DNA of 64,000 nucleotides from Candidatus Woesearchaeota archaeon (GTDB lineage Archaea > Nanobdellota > Nanobdellia > Pacearchaeales > GW2011-AR1), in NCBI GenBank assembly GCA_964603295.1, contig CAZRUG010000001.1:53210-117209 (forward strand), read 5' to 3'. Numbering within the stretch: the first letter of the stretch is position 1; every line of letters begins with the position of its first letter. Positions 28,367-37,610 of this stretch are shown piece after piece. The translations under genes and the position numbers were made by a program. The notes below the pieces were generated by a model, which was given only the letters and a program-made list of their open reading frames with translations, ran no database searches and was not told the origin of the DNA.

Positions 28367-29078
28367 GCTGACTATACCAATTTTCAATTCTATCTTGATT
28401 AACACAATTATTATAGATTCCAAATTGTGGTTCTTTCTCGGCTAATATAGCGACCCCTGTAGATAATCCAAATAAAATCTCTTCGCCTATAACGTTGTTA
28501 GGAAGATATTGTGCGAATCCATCGGGGGTTAGAGATAAATCTGGAGCTATCTGATGAATCTTTTGGAAGGATGTATCTTTATCATAAATAAATAGAATTT
28601 TATTCTCCAGGTTAGAAACATCTTGGTTTGGATATCTTGAAACTCTTTTTTCTCCCCTTTCAATATCATTTACTCCCAGATATAAATGGGAAATCCCATT
28701 TGGTTTTAAATGATTAACACAGCCAATTCTTGCATCTCCAATTGCCCCCCTAAAAGTTAATAAAGTTAAATCAAGGGCCATTAGAGGATTCATTCCATCT
28801 TGTAGATTCTCTTGAGTTCTTTTACACATATGACCATTAAAACTAATTAAATAATCTCCACATTGTTTGTTCAAGAATCTAATACAAGAATAATTATCTA
28901 CCTCAGGGTCTTGATTTGTGGAATGATCTTCATATCCTTTTTTTGGGAAGACATTTATCTTTTTCTTCCCTGCATTCACTCTTAGTTCTCGATAGGGGAT
29001 ACTTTTGCTTGCTAAAGTAAAAAATACAAAAGGCTTACCAAGATATTGCCCACCTCCAACAATCCTTGAAGTATATAT
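28356..29078 (-). CDS. Divergent PurO-like IMP cyclohydrolase (Ntn-like fold); apparent ATA start
   Basis: Frame is open up to 29081. IYTSRIVGGG...ASKSIPYRE...NYSCI...NGH...RIG parallels PurO MYxGR...SSRSFPNR...YNC...NGxH...PRI. Confidence 0.65.
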   Translation of the reverse strand: MYTSRIVGGGQYLGKPFVFFTLASKSIPYRELRVNAGKKKINVFPKKGYEDHSTNQDPEVDNYSCIRFLNKQCGDYLISFNGHMCKRTQENLQDGMNPLMALDLTLLTFRGAIGDARIGCVNHLKPNGISHLYLGVNDIERGEKRVSRYPNQDVSNLENKILFIYDKDTSFQKIHQIAPDLSLTPDGFAQYLPNNVIGEEILFGLSTGVAILAEKEPQFGIYNNCVNQDRIENWYSQLRL

Positions 29079-29141
29079 ATCTTATTATCATTATTTTAAG
29101 TCATATATTCTTGGTTTAAATTTAATAAACTTAAAAGTAGA

Positions 29142-30269
29142 TTAATTTAAGTTCATTAAATCAATATACAGCTGGGAGAATTTTTGTAGATTTTCTTTCT
29201 CGACATACTCATCCACTCTATGGCACATGTTCGCGTGTCCAGGACCAAATATAAAAACATCTCCATAATCAGAAAATAGTGCTGCCTCTGTCCACGGGAA
29301 ATGGACATTAAATTTGTCCTTAGAAAAATACTTTTTAGATAGTTCCTGAAGTTCTTTTGCAAATTTAGATTTTATATCTGACATAAAAGTTTTTCCATAG
29401 AAAGTTGCCTGAACTTTAACATTATTGTCAACTTTAGATGCCATTTCCTTAAGCTTTAGAAATTCACTATTAATATCTTCTGAAGGAATTAATCTTCTAG
29501 AGACATGAACTTTACAAAAATCTGGAACTGCGTTTGGGGCCGTTCCTCCAGACATGAAACCTATATTAAAAGAGGGTTTTCCAAATAAATCATCTGCCCC
29601 CACAGATTCTATCTCTCTTTCATATTCAATAAGTTTATTGCAAAAAAGGATTGCTTTATAGATTGCATTGTTTTCAAGATTATTTTTTAAATTAGTTTTC
29701 GAAGAATGCAAGGAGATACCTTCAAATTCAAAGAGTACATCAAGACACCCTTTTTGAGCATAAATAATCTCTTCATCAGTAGGTTCTGCCACAATAACAT
29801 TGGCACCTTTTAACTTGAACTGTTTTACTAATTCCAAACCCCCTGTTAAAGAGCCTTCTTCGTCTGCATCAAATAAAAGATAAATATCATTCTCTGGAAT
29901 GTCTTTAATGTTTAAAGCACCATTGATCATGCACGCTAATCCTGCTTTCATATCACTTGCCCCAAGACCATAAATACAAGAATTATCTTCAGATACTTTA
30001 AGTGGATTTTTAGACCAACCCTTAGCAATTGGAACTGTATCTGTATGGCCAACAAATACCAATGGTTTATTAGAACCTTTTCCTGGAATTTTTACAACAA
30101 GATTGTAAAGAGGTATATTCTCTCCACTTATTGGGTCCACTTTTTCTAAAGGAAATATAGTTGTTTCAAACCGACCAAGACGTAATTTTATATAATCAAT
30201 TATCTCTTTATTTGACTTAGTACACTGCGAGTCAATTTGAATTAAATCTTTTAAAATTTCATTTACCAT
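29142..30269 (-). CDS. M20 family metallo-amidohydrolase (ArgE/DapE-like)
   Basis: GHTDTVP, GASDMK, DEE, EPT, H..DE. Confidence 0.9.
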   Translation of the reverse strand: MVNEILKDLIQIDSQCTKSNKEIIDYIKLRLGRFETTIFPLEKVDPISGENIPLYNLVVKIPGKGSNKPLVFVGHTDTVPIAKGWSKNPLKVSEDNSCIYGLGASDMKAGLACMINGALNIKDIPENDIYLLFDADEEGSLTGGLELVKQFKLKGANVIVAEPTDEEIIYAQKGCLDVLFEFEGISLHSSKTNLKNNLENNAIYKAILFCNKLIEYEREIESVGADDLFGKPSFNIGFMSGGTAPNAVPDFCKVHVSRRLIPSEDINSEFLKLKEMASKVDNNVKVQATFYGKTFMSDIKSKFAKELQELSKKYFSKDKFNVHFPWTEAALFSDYGDVFIFGPGHANMCHRVDEYVEKENLQKFSQLYIDLMNLN

Positions 30270-31066
30270 TTAGAAAGACCATTGTTTAAGACTTTAAAAA
30301 CATAATCCCCATCAAAATCTTTTAGATTCCACATAAACCAATTATTTCCTCTCTCAGGATCAGTAAATAATACTTCTCCATCTTTACCCTTAAAGGTTCT
30401 TCCAAATATTTTATGAACTGCTGGATTAATAGTTCGTAATATAAAATGTTTATAATTATCCCTTGCAGCATCTCTTAATTTTATTGTGGAGAGTATAGAG
30501 CCATTTCCGCCTCTTTGATAATCTTCTACCACTCCAATTTCTGCCGTATAAAAACATTTTTTATGGTTTATCCCTCTTTCTCTTAAGACTTTGTTTGCAA
30601 CAGGAAAATTCACACTCTTTGTTGGTTCACTTGGAAATGGATAGCCCCAGCTAAAGCCAACTGGAAAATCGTTCTCCGTTAAGATATAACCTTTAAAGCC
30701 AGGTAAAGAGACAGCTTCATCCATTAAAGCTACGTGATCCACATAATCTGGGTAAAATGGAATCGGATTTAATTGCTCGCCACATCCAGGACAAGTATCT
30801 AGATTATTCTCTTTACATAAAAATACTAAGCCTCTCGGAACACCTTGTTGATCTCGAGAAACACTTAAATCCGAACACGAATCTTCACAACAAGACCTTT
30901 CGGTATATTGCACCATGCAAAAAGAAGGATTCTCTCTTGAAAGTAATGCTCCAGAACAAATCATATCTTCATGCCAGGGGTGCCCTGAAAAAACCTCTTT
31001 ATATAAATCTTTTAACAAACCAACATTATAAGGTGATATTTTTTCTACAACCTTCTTTTGATTCAT
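30263..31066 (-). CDS. GNAT-fold protein with a Cys-rich insertion
   Basis: VF..PW.E N-terminus, several Cys including CPGC, AEIGV...YQRGGNG. Confidence 0.75.
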   Translation of the reverse strand: MNQKKVVEKISPYNVGLLKDLYKEVFSGHPWHEDMICSGALLSRENPSFCMVQYTERSCCEDSCSDLSVSRDQQGVPRGLVFLCKENNLDTCPGCGEQLNPIPFYPDYVDHVALMDEAVSLPGFKGYILTENDFPVGFSWGYPFPSEPTKSVNFPVANKVLRERGINHKKCFYTAEIGVVEDYQRGGNGSILSTIKLRDAARDNYKHFILRTINPAVHKIFGRTFKGKDGEVLFTDPERGNNWFMWNLKDFDGDYVFKVLNNGLSKW

Positions 31067-31122
31067 ATAAATCTTTAGAAAAATATCATTTATAATTATT
31101 TGGTTTATATAAAATATACTTT

Positions 31123-31998
31123 CTAGTTTATATTTTTAACACCCTCAAATTCACTTAATACTTTTCTTTTTAATTGATCTGCAATTTCTTTGTTTTTAAT
31201 TAAGACCAATTCAATCTCAGTATCTTTCTTTAAGACATTCTTTATAAATGAAGGTATGTCTACTTCTGCTGGAAATGAATGATTTGAATAAAGCTTCTTT
31301 ATATCATCTGCTAATTTCTTTGGGAGTTTAACTTGCATAATTGTATCTCCAAATACACCTATGTCTGTTTCAGATTTCTCGTCTGACAACATAAAGTTCA
31401 CGCCTATTTGTTTATAAAATTTTTCAGACCATTTGTCTAAGGAAAAAGAATTTCTTACAATCATATAATGGTTTACGTTCTTTTCTCTTGCTCTGTCTAA
31501 TTCTGAATATTCTAATTCAGGATAAACTAAAAGCCACCAACAATGTGCTCCATCCCAAATAGTTATGTCTCCTTTCTTCTCAAGGTTTTTATAATAATTA
31601 TCTTTAATTTTTATCCACATCTTATCTAAGTCAAGTAAGTTCTTGAATTTCAGCGTCGTTGAATTACTTTCGATTTTTGTTTCAATAACTCCTTCGTGAA
31701 AGGGTATCAGGCTTTTCCCATTGTAATTTGTTAAAATATATTCAGAAAAATTTTTAATCCTTTCAGCCCATTCAATATTTAGAAGATATTTATTTCCTGT
31801 CTTGGATATAACCCCCTCATCAAAAAGTTCATTTAATGATTTATAAACAGATTGATAAGTGCAATTACAGGAGTATTTATTAATGCATCGGGTATAGGTC
31901 TCTTTAATTGACAAAGGCCATTCAGCAAGGAGAATTTGCACGATTATATCTTTCACTCTCTTTGTTTTGTTTGCCTCTGGAAGACTTATGATAAACAC
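31123..31998 (-). CDS. Winged-helix transcriptional regulator
   Basis: EWPLS.KE...TYQSVYKSLNELFDEGVI wHTH-like N-terminus; divergent from the decarboxylase gene. Confidence 0.7.
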   Translation of the reverse strand: MFIISLPEANKTKRVKDIIVQILLAEWPLSIKETYTRCINKYSCNCTYQSVYKSLNELFDEGVISKTGNKYLLNIEWAERIKNFSEYILTNYNGKSLIPFHEGVIETKIESNSTTLKFKNLLDLDKMWIKIKDNYYKNLEKKGDITIWDGAHCWWLLVYPELEYSELDRAREKNVNHYMIVRNSFSLDKWSEKFYKQIGVNFMLSDEKSETDIGVFGDTIMQVKLPKKLADDIKKLYSNHSFPAEVDIPSFIKNVLKKDTEIELVLIKNKEIADQLKRKVLSEFEGVKNIN

Positions 31999-32099
31999 AA
32001 AAATATATAATTAAACCAATATATAAACTTTTTGTTAAACTATTTGGTTTACAAACAATCAACCGATATTATATAAGACATATTAAACATTGTTTATGT

Positions 32100-33206
32100 A
32101 TGCAGGAATACAAAGAGGCTATAAAACAATTCTATGATTACTGTAAAAAAGAAAAATATCATAACATTGGCTATCCAGAGAATGCAGATTTTGATTATTC
32201 TGAATTAAAAGATTTTTTAGATTTCTCTTTGAATAATGTTGGAGATCCATTTAAGGATTCTACTTATAAATTAAACTCTCTAAAATTTGAAAAAGAAGTT
32301 CTTGAATTTTTTATGGATTTATTCAAAATAAGTCGCGAAGACGGATGGGGCTATGTCACCACGGGCGGAACTGAGGGTAATCTTTATGGGGTTTATGTTG
32401 CAAGAGAACTCTATCCAGATTCAATACTCTATTATTCTGAGGATGCACATTATAGTGTTGACAAAATAGCGAGAATACTTCGTATGGATAAGATAAAAAT
32501 TAATTCTTTATCTAATGGAGAGATTGATTATAATGATCTAAAAATAAATCTTGAGGAAAACAAAGAGAAGGTACCGATTATATTTGCTAATATTGGTACA
32601 ACAATGAAAGGGGCTATTGATAATCTCGATAAAATAAATCAAGTTCTTGATGAGCTTTCAATAACTAAAAAGTATATTCATTGTGATGCAGCATTAAGTG
32701 GAATGATTCTTCCATTCTTCCCTGAGGAGAATCTTAATTTTGCAAAAGGTTTAGATAGTGTGGCTATAAGTGGCCATAAATTTATTGGCTCTCCAATCCC
32801 ATGCGGAATAGTGATAACAAAGAAAGATTATGTTAATAGGATATCAAAGGAAATTGATTACATAAAAACAATTGATAATACCATAACGGGATCAAGAAAT
32901 GGTTTGACTCCATTAATACTTTGGTCTGCGATAAACAAATTAAAAGAAGATGGATTTTATGAGTTATCTTTTAATTGCATTCAAAAAGCAGATTATTTTT
33001 ATAAAAAATTAAATGACGCGGGAATAAATGCATGGAGAAATAAAAACTCTATAACAATATTCTTTGAGAATCCAAGTCAAGAGCTATGTAAAAAATGGTG
33101 TCTCGCATCAAATGATAAAATCGCACATGTCATTACAACGCCCCATGTATCCTACAAAAGATTAAATACATTAATTGAAGAAATTTGCAATGGAGTGGAA
33201 AAATAA
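32100..33206 (+). CDS. PLP-dependent group II decarboxylase, histidine decarboxylase-like
   Basis: GYPENADFDY, NNVGDPF, GYVTTGGTEGN, HYS, HCDAALSG, SGHKFIGSP.PCG, GSRNG. Confidence 0.88.
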   Translation: MQEYKEAIKQFYDYCKKEKYHNIGYPENADFDYSELKDFLDFSLNNVGDPFKDSTYKLNSLKFEKEVLEFFMDLFKISREDGWGYVTTGGTEGNLYGVYVARELYPDSILYYSEDAHYSVDKIARILRMDKIKINSLSNGEIDYNDLKINLEENKEKVPIIFANIGTTMKGAIDNLDKINQVLDELSITKKYIHCDAALSGMILPFFPEENLNFAKGLDSVAISGHKFIGSPIPCGIVITKKDYVNRISKEIDYIKTIDNTITGSRNGLTPLILWSAINKLKEDGFYELSFNCIQKADYFYKKLNDAGINAWRNKNSITIFFENPSQELCKKWCLASNDKIAHVITTPHVSYKRLNTLIEEICNGVEK

Positions 33207-33207
33207 A

Positions 33208-33759
33208 ATGGATAATCTTCCTCCCTTGAGAGAAGTTTTAAAATCTTTACCTAGAACCCTCAGTGAACTAACTGAATTAGAATCTATTTTAAGACCGCGT
33301 GGATGTTCCACAGAAGGTTTTATGGGGAAAGATGAAAGACTTGTTGAGATTATTGTAAAAGATTATTTTACTCTAAAGAGATTAGGTTTAACCTATAATT
33401 ATATTGCTAACCGACTTGATGAATTGTTTGATATTAATGGGGGCGAGATCGGTGATTTTAAATTTTGTTTTGATATGACTTGTGGAGTTCAATATTGCCC
33501 TTGGCCAGATACAGAAACATGTAAGGAAAGTATTCTCTATGTTATGCCAAGAAATGGAAAACCTCATTTTAAACGCGAAGAATTTTTGAAAAACAAAAGA
33601 GATGGAAAATTAAAAATAATCTCGGGGCTATTGCCCCACCTAATTAGAGATCATTATTTCTTTGAAGGTTTAAAGACAAACTATCGGGTTGATCCAGAAG
33701 AGATGTATTCTCTTTTTAATCCCACAAATGAATTAATTATTTGGCCTAAACGCAATTAA
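33208..33759 (+). CDS. Hypothetical protein, possible metal-binding
   Basis: Starts 1 nt after the decarboxylase stop; RP..S..GF.G, QYCPW, HLI..H.FFEG, YRVDP. Confidence 0.7.
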   Translation: MDNLPPLREVLKSLPRTLSELTELESILRPRGCSTEGFMGKDERLVEIIVKDYFTLKRLGLTYNYIANRLDELFDINGGEIGDFKFCFDMTCGVQYCPWPDTETCKESILYVMPRNGKPHFKREEFLKNKRDGKLKIISGLLPHLIRDHYFFEGLKTNYRVDPEEMYSLFNPTNELIIWPKRN

Positions 33760-34536
33760 TGCTGAGTTGAAAATCCCAAAAGAATGATCTCCTGCAAAAC
33801 CAATTTTTTCTAAAGAAACATCAAAGCCATTCTCTCTTAGAAAGGCTACGCGATCAATATCAATTAGCCTACAATAAAGATTATGTAGCGTATAATAAAG
33901 TGTTTTAGGTTTATTTGCAGACCCAGATAAATACTTAATTTTATCGGAGATTGACAAAAGTTCTCTAGAACGATTCCCTAATTCATTACTCTGAGGATAT
34001 TTTATAAACTCTGGGTTAATTTTTGCATAACAACAAGGAATTAAGAAAAGGCCATTACTTTTTTGCTTAGCTGTTTGAACTATCTTATCCGCTATGCTTC
34101 CACATGTATGCAAACCAATGATAAGATCATAATCATATTCAGTAGATGAATTGAATACATCATCACAAATGAAGGTAAGATTAGGCAATAGATTTTGTTC
34201 TTTACATTTTTTTATCAATGACTTGTTATAATCAACACCAGTTACAATAATTTCTGGATTCTTAGAGGCAATTAATCTTGAAAGAGTTCCATTACCACAA
34301 CCAAATTCTAAGATAGTTTGAGCCTCATTAAATTTACTACTTATCATACAAGCCATGCTTGAATATTGTCTTTCCTTCCTGATTCTTTTAGGAGAATTAA
34401 AGGTTAATGAAGAATCTTGCACCCCCCCTCCGAGATAGAAACTCTCTTCAAGCTCACTTAAAGTTTTCTTAGAATTGGACAGATTTAATAATTCATTATA
34501 CACAAAATCAAAATATTCTAGAGAATAATTAATCAT
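33733..34536 (-). CDS. SAM-dependent methyltransferase (Methyltransf_32-like)
   Basis: EFGCGNG, GLHTCG..AD, PCCY; overlaps the stop of the upstream HisRS. Confidence 0.85.
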   Translation of the reverse strand: MINYSLEYFDFVYNELLNLSNSKKTLSELEESFYLGGGVQDSSLTFNSPKRIRKERQYSSMACMISSKFNEAQTILEFGCGNGTLSRLIASKNPEIIVTGVDYNKSLIKKCKEQNLLPNLTFICDDVFNSSTEYDYDLIIGLHTCGSIADKIVQTAKQKSNGLFLIPCCYAKINPEFIKYPQSNELGNRSRELLSISDKIKYLSGSANKPKTLYYTLHNLYCRLIDIDRVAFLRENGFDVSLEKIGFAGDHSFGIFNSALIAFRPNN

Positions 34537-36073
34537 CTCTAAAAAGTGTATTATAAACTGCACTAACTGGGACAGACGTTTGAGTTCCTGTAGCTAAATC
34601 CTTAACCATTACAGCTCCTTGAGCAAGTTCATTTTCACCAATAAAACCAACATAAGGAATTCCAGATTTATTTGCGTAGTCTACTGCTTTTTTCGCTGAT
34701 ACCCCCTGAAGATTGATATCTGTTCTAATTCCCTGATCCCTCATATCTTCAGCAATCTTTAGTGTAGAGAGGATGTTTTCCTGACCAATAGGAATAAGGT
34801 ATAATTGTCTTCTAGTGGAAGGTATTTCAGAATTACGTTTAATCAATGAAGCTAATCTCTCCAAACCAAATGAGAATCCAACAGCAGGAATTTTTTCTCC
34901 TTGTCCTCTGTAATCCCCAATCATATCATCAAAACGTCCACCTGCAAGTATAGCCGAAGATAAAATATCTTTATTCTTAAGAAAGACTTCTATTGTTGTC
35001 CCAGTATAATAATCTAACCCTCTCGCTAAGGATGGATTAAAAACAACTGAAGAAAAACCCATTGAGTTGGCATAATCAAATATCTGACTAACCTCCCTGA
35101 GACCTTCAGCACTTATCGGACTTTTAAGAGCTTTTTCAAGAAGAGATACTTTCTGTTGGTTTGAACCTTCTACAGAAACTAAATCTAGTATTTTACTTAC
35201 AGAAGAGTCAGTTAGTAACCTTTCTCCTGAATACCTAAATGTATCTAAGAAAGAAAACACTTCATCCGAGCCAGGCAAGGAATGTAAAGACCTTTTCAAA
35301 TATTCATAACCACTTGATCCAATCTCAGAGACTAATCTCGTTTTCATATCTTCATCCCCAAGGGAAGGAAGACCTTCTTCTTTGATTCCGCCATATAAAT
35401 CAGTTAAAATATTATTTGACAACACTTTTGGTTCGTCGAAGAAAGATAATTCATATAATTGATTCTTAACACCATTAAGACCAATTTTATCCATTTTATC
35501 AAGAGTGGATATTGTCCTTAAGCGAGCATTTAATGGAACCTCTGCAATATCCATAATTCCTTCAAGGACTTTTCTATTATTTATATTAACCTCGATATCT
35601 CCAAGACCTAGTTCACCAAATGCTCTTTGGGCAAGAGCCAATAATTCGGCTTCTGCAGTCATATCAGGTACTCCAACAATATCTGCATCACATTGAGTAA
35701 AAATTCTATATCTTCCCTGACCTGGATTTACTGGACCATCTCTAAAAACCTCTCCAATTGCATATCTCTTAAATGGGATTCTTACTGTATTCTGGAATGT
35801 TGATAAAAATCTAGCTAGGGGAACTGTTTGATCAAATCTCAAAGCGAGCCCGTTATTTCCCCGATCTTGAACTTGATAAACTTCTTTTTGAATCTCTCCC
35901 CCCCCCTTAAATTGAACCGTATTTAACCTCTCAAATAAAGGAGTTTCTAGTCTGTCATAACCATATAATTCAAAAATCTTTGTTAATGTATCACGTACTT
36001 TAGCTCTTGCAATAGCATTCTTACCATGCCAATCACGAACCCCTTTTGCAGGAAAAAACTTTGGTTTAGCCAT
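34529..36073 (-). CDS. hisS: Histidyl-tRNA synthetase paralog with a long insertion
   Basis: LRFDQTVPLAR, motif 2 FRD...GRYRIFTQCDAD, RGLDYYTG, GGRFD, GFSFGLERL, anticodon-binding domain. Confidence 0.88.
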   Translation of the reverse strand: MAKPKFFPAKGVRDWHGKNAIARAKVRDTLTKIFELYGYDRLETPLFERLNTVQFKGGGEIQKEVYQVQDRGNNGLALRFDQTVPLARFLSTFQNTVRIPFKRYAIGEVFRDGPVNPGQGRYRIFTQCDADIVGVPDMTAEAELLALAQRAFGELGLGDIEVNINNRKVLEGIMDIAEVPLNARLRTISTLDKMDKIGLNGVKNQLYELSFFDEPKVLSNNILTDLYGGIKEEGLPSLGDEDMKTRLVSEIGSSGYEYLKRSLHSLPGSDEVFSFLDTFRYSGERLLTDSSVSKILDLVSVEGSNQQKVSLLEKALKSPISAEGLREVSQIFDYANSMGFSSVVFNPSLARGLDYYTGTTIEVFLKNKDILSSAILAGGRFDDMIGDYRGQGEKIPAVGFSFGLERLASLIKRNSEIPSTRRQLYLIPIGQENILSTLKIAEDMRDQGIRTDINLQGVSAKKAVDYANKSGIPYVGFIGENELAQGAVMVKDLATGTQTSVPVSAVYNTLFRDD

Positions 36074-36180
36074 ATTTAAAATATGGGCTTTATCTTTAAA
36101 AAGATATGTATAATTGACTAGATAAACGAATTAGTTTAGAAGATAAAAATATTTAAACTAGTATTTATTCTACAATTAAA

Positions 36181-37314
36181 ATGAAAACAGACTTACCAAA
36201 AGGATTCAAAGATTATACTGGAGAACAAGCTGAAAAACGAGAGTTTATTAAAGAGGTTTTAAAGCAGACTTTTGAAAGATACGGATTCCAACCAGCGGAA
36301 ACACCAGTTGTAGAATACGAAGAATTTGTTAGAGGGGAAAACCCAAATGACGAAGCTGTTTCAGACATTTTTAAACTAGAAGACAGAGGAAAAAGAAAAC
36401 TTGCACTTCGTTATGAGCATACATTTTCTTTAAAACGAGTAATGCAAAATAAAAAAATTCCTTACAAAAGATATGCAATAGGTCCTGTTTTTAGAGACGA
36501 ACCTGTAACAGGAAATAGAACACGCCAGTTCACACAATGCGACATTGACATTCTCGGCTCAACACTAAAAGACGACGCTGAAATACTCGCTGTAATAAAC
36601 TCTGTATTAAAAGCACTTCAAATAGAAGCAACAATATTTGTAAATAACAGAAGAATAATGAATGAAATATTTGAGACCCAAGGAATTGTGACTAACAAGG
36701 ATCAGATAATCCGAGAGATTGACAAGCTTGATAAGTTAAGTGAAAAAGAAGTAAAAGAAAATCTAAAGAAGTTTAAAGCAGAGAACATATTAGATATTTT
36801 CAAAAAACCAATCAAGGAATTTGAACAATACGAATCTTTCAAGGAAGTAAAAGAACTCTTAGATTATTGCAAAGCTTATGGAGTTAAAATAGAATTCCAG
36901 CCAACACTTGCAAGAGGTTTATCTTATTACACTGGGACAGTCTTTGAAATCAAAACAAAGCAAATCAGAGAAACAATATTCGGTGGAGGAAGCTACACAT
37001 TTAATGGAGTTCAGGGAGTTGGTTTTGGAGTAAGCTTAGAAAGATTAGGAATTGTAACTAACATCAGGATTGATTTAGAAAAATACTTAATTGTTTCATT
37101 AAATCAAGATAAACAAGCAATAAAAATCGCAAATCAGTTTAGGGAAGCAGGTAAAAATGTATCAATGTATTATGGAAAGCCAAGCAAAGCACTTGAATAT
37201 GCAAATTCATATGGGATCAATAAAGTAATATTTATCGGAGAAGAGGAAGTCAAACTTAAACAATTTAAAGTTAGAATTATGTCCTCTGGAAAAGAAAGCG
37301 TTCTAAGATTTTAA
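36181..37314 (+). CDS. hisS: Histidyl-tRNA synthetase (compact)
   Basis: PKGFKD, LRYEHT, FRDE...RQFTQCD, RGLSYYTG, SLERL. Confidence 0.88.
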   Translation: MKTDLPKGFKDYTGEQAEKREFIKEVLKQTFERYGFQPAETPVVEYEEFVRGENPNDEAVSDIFKLEDRGKRKLALRYEHTFSLKRVMQNKKIPYKRYAIGPVFRDEPVTGNRTRQFTQCDIDILGSTLKDDAEILAVINSVLKALQIEATIFVNNRRIMNEIFETQGIVTNKDQIIREIDKLDKLSEKEVKENLKKFKAENILDIFKKPIKEFEQYESFKEVKELLDYCKAYGVKIEFQPTLARGLSYYTGTVFEIKTKQIRETIFGGGSYTFNGVQGVGFGVSLERLGIVTNIRIDLEKYLIVSLNQDKQAIKIANQFREAGKNVSMYYGKPSKALEYANSYGINKVIFIGEEEVKLKQFKVRIMSSGKESVLRF

Positions 37315-37364
37315 CCGAATCCCTTGAAAAGGAACAATTTCTATCAAGCCCAAATCCCTAAATA

Positions 37365-37487
37365 TTAAAAGAATCTCCCAACATTCTCTTTTCTAAACTC
37401 AGCATTTTCTCTTAAAGTTTCCAAAACATTTTCAAAATCCTTTCTTTCAATCTTTCCTCGAACTTCTACTTCTATTTGTTTTGTCAT
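37365..37487 (-). pseudogene. CYTH-domain N-terminal remnant
   Basis: MTKQIEVEVRGKI (ExExK/R motif); stops after 40 aa. Confidence 0.5.
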
Positions 37488-37610
37488 AAAAAATAAAAGA
37501 AATTTAATGTTAAAAAGTTATCTAAGTCTTGTCGACCACCATTGCGTGAAGTCACAAGTTAATTATTAAGAAATCTTATGAACGCCCTCGAATCCGACAA
37601 AATGTACAGA

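Noticed and set aside
34529..37314. One HisRS being HisZ
   Set aside because: Both keep the RGLxYY motif and an anticodon domain, and the HisG here is long-form. Not formally excluded.
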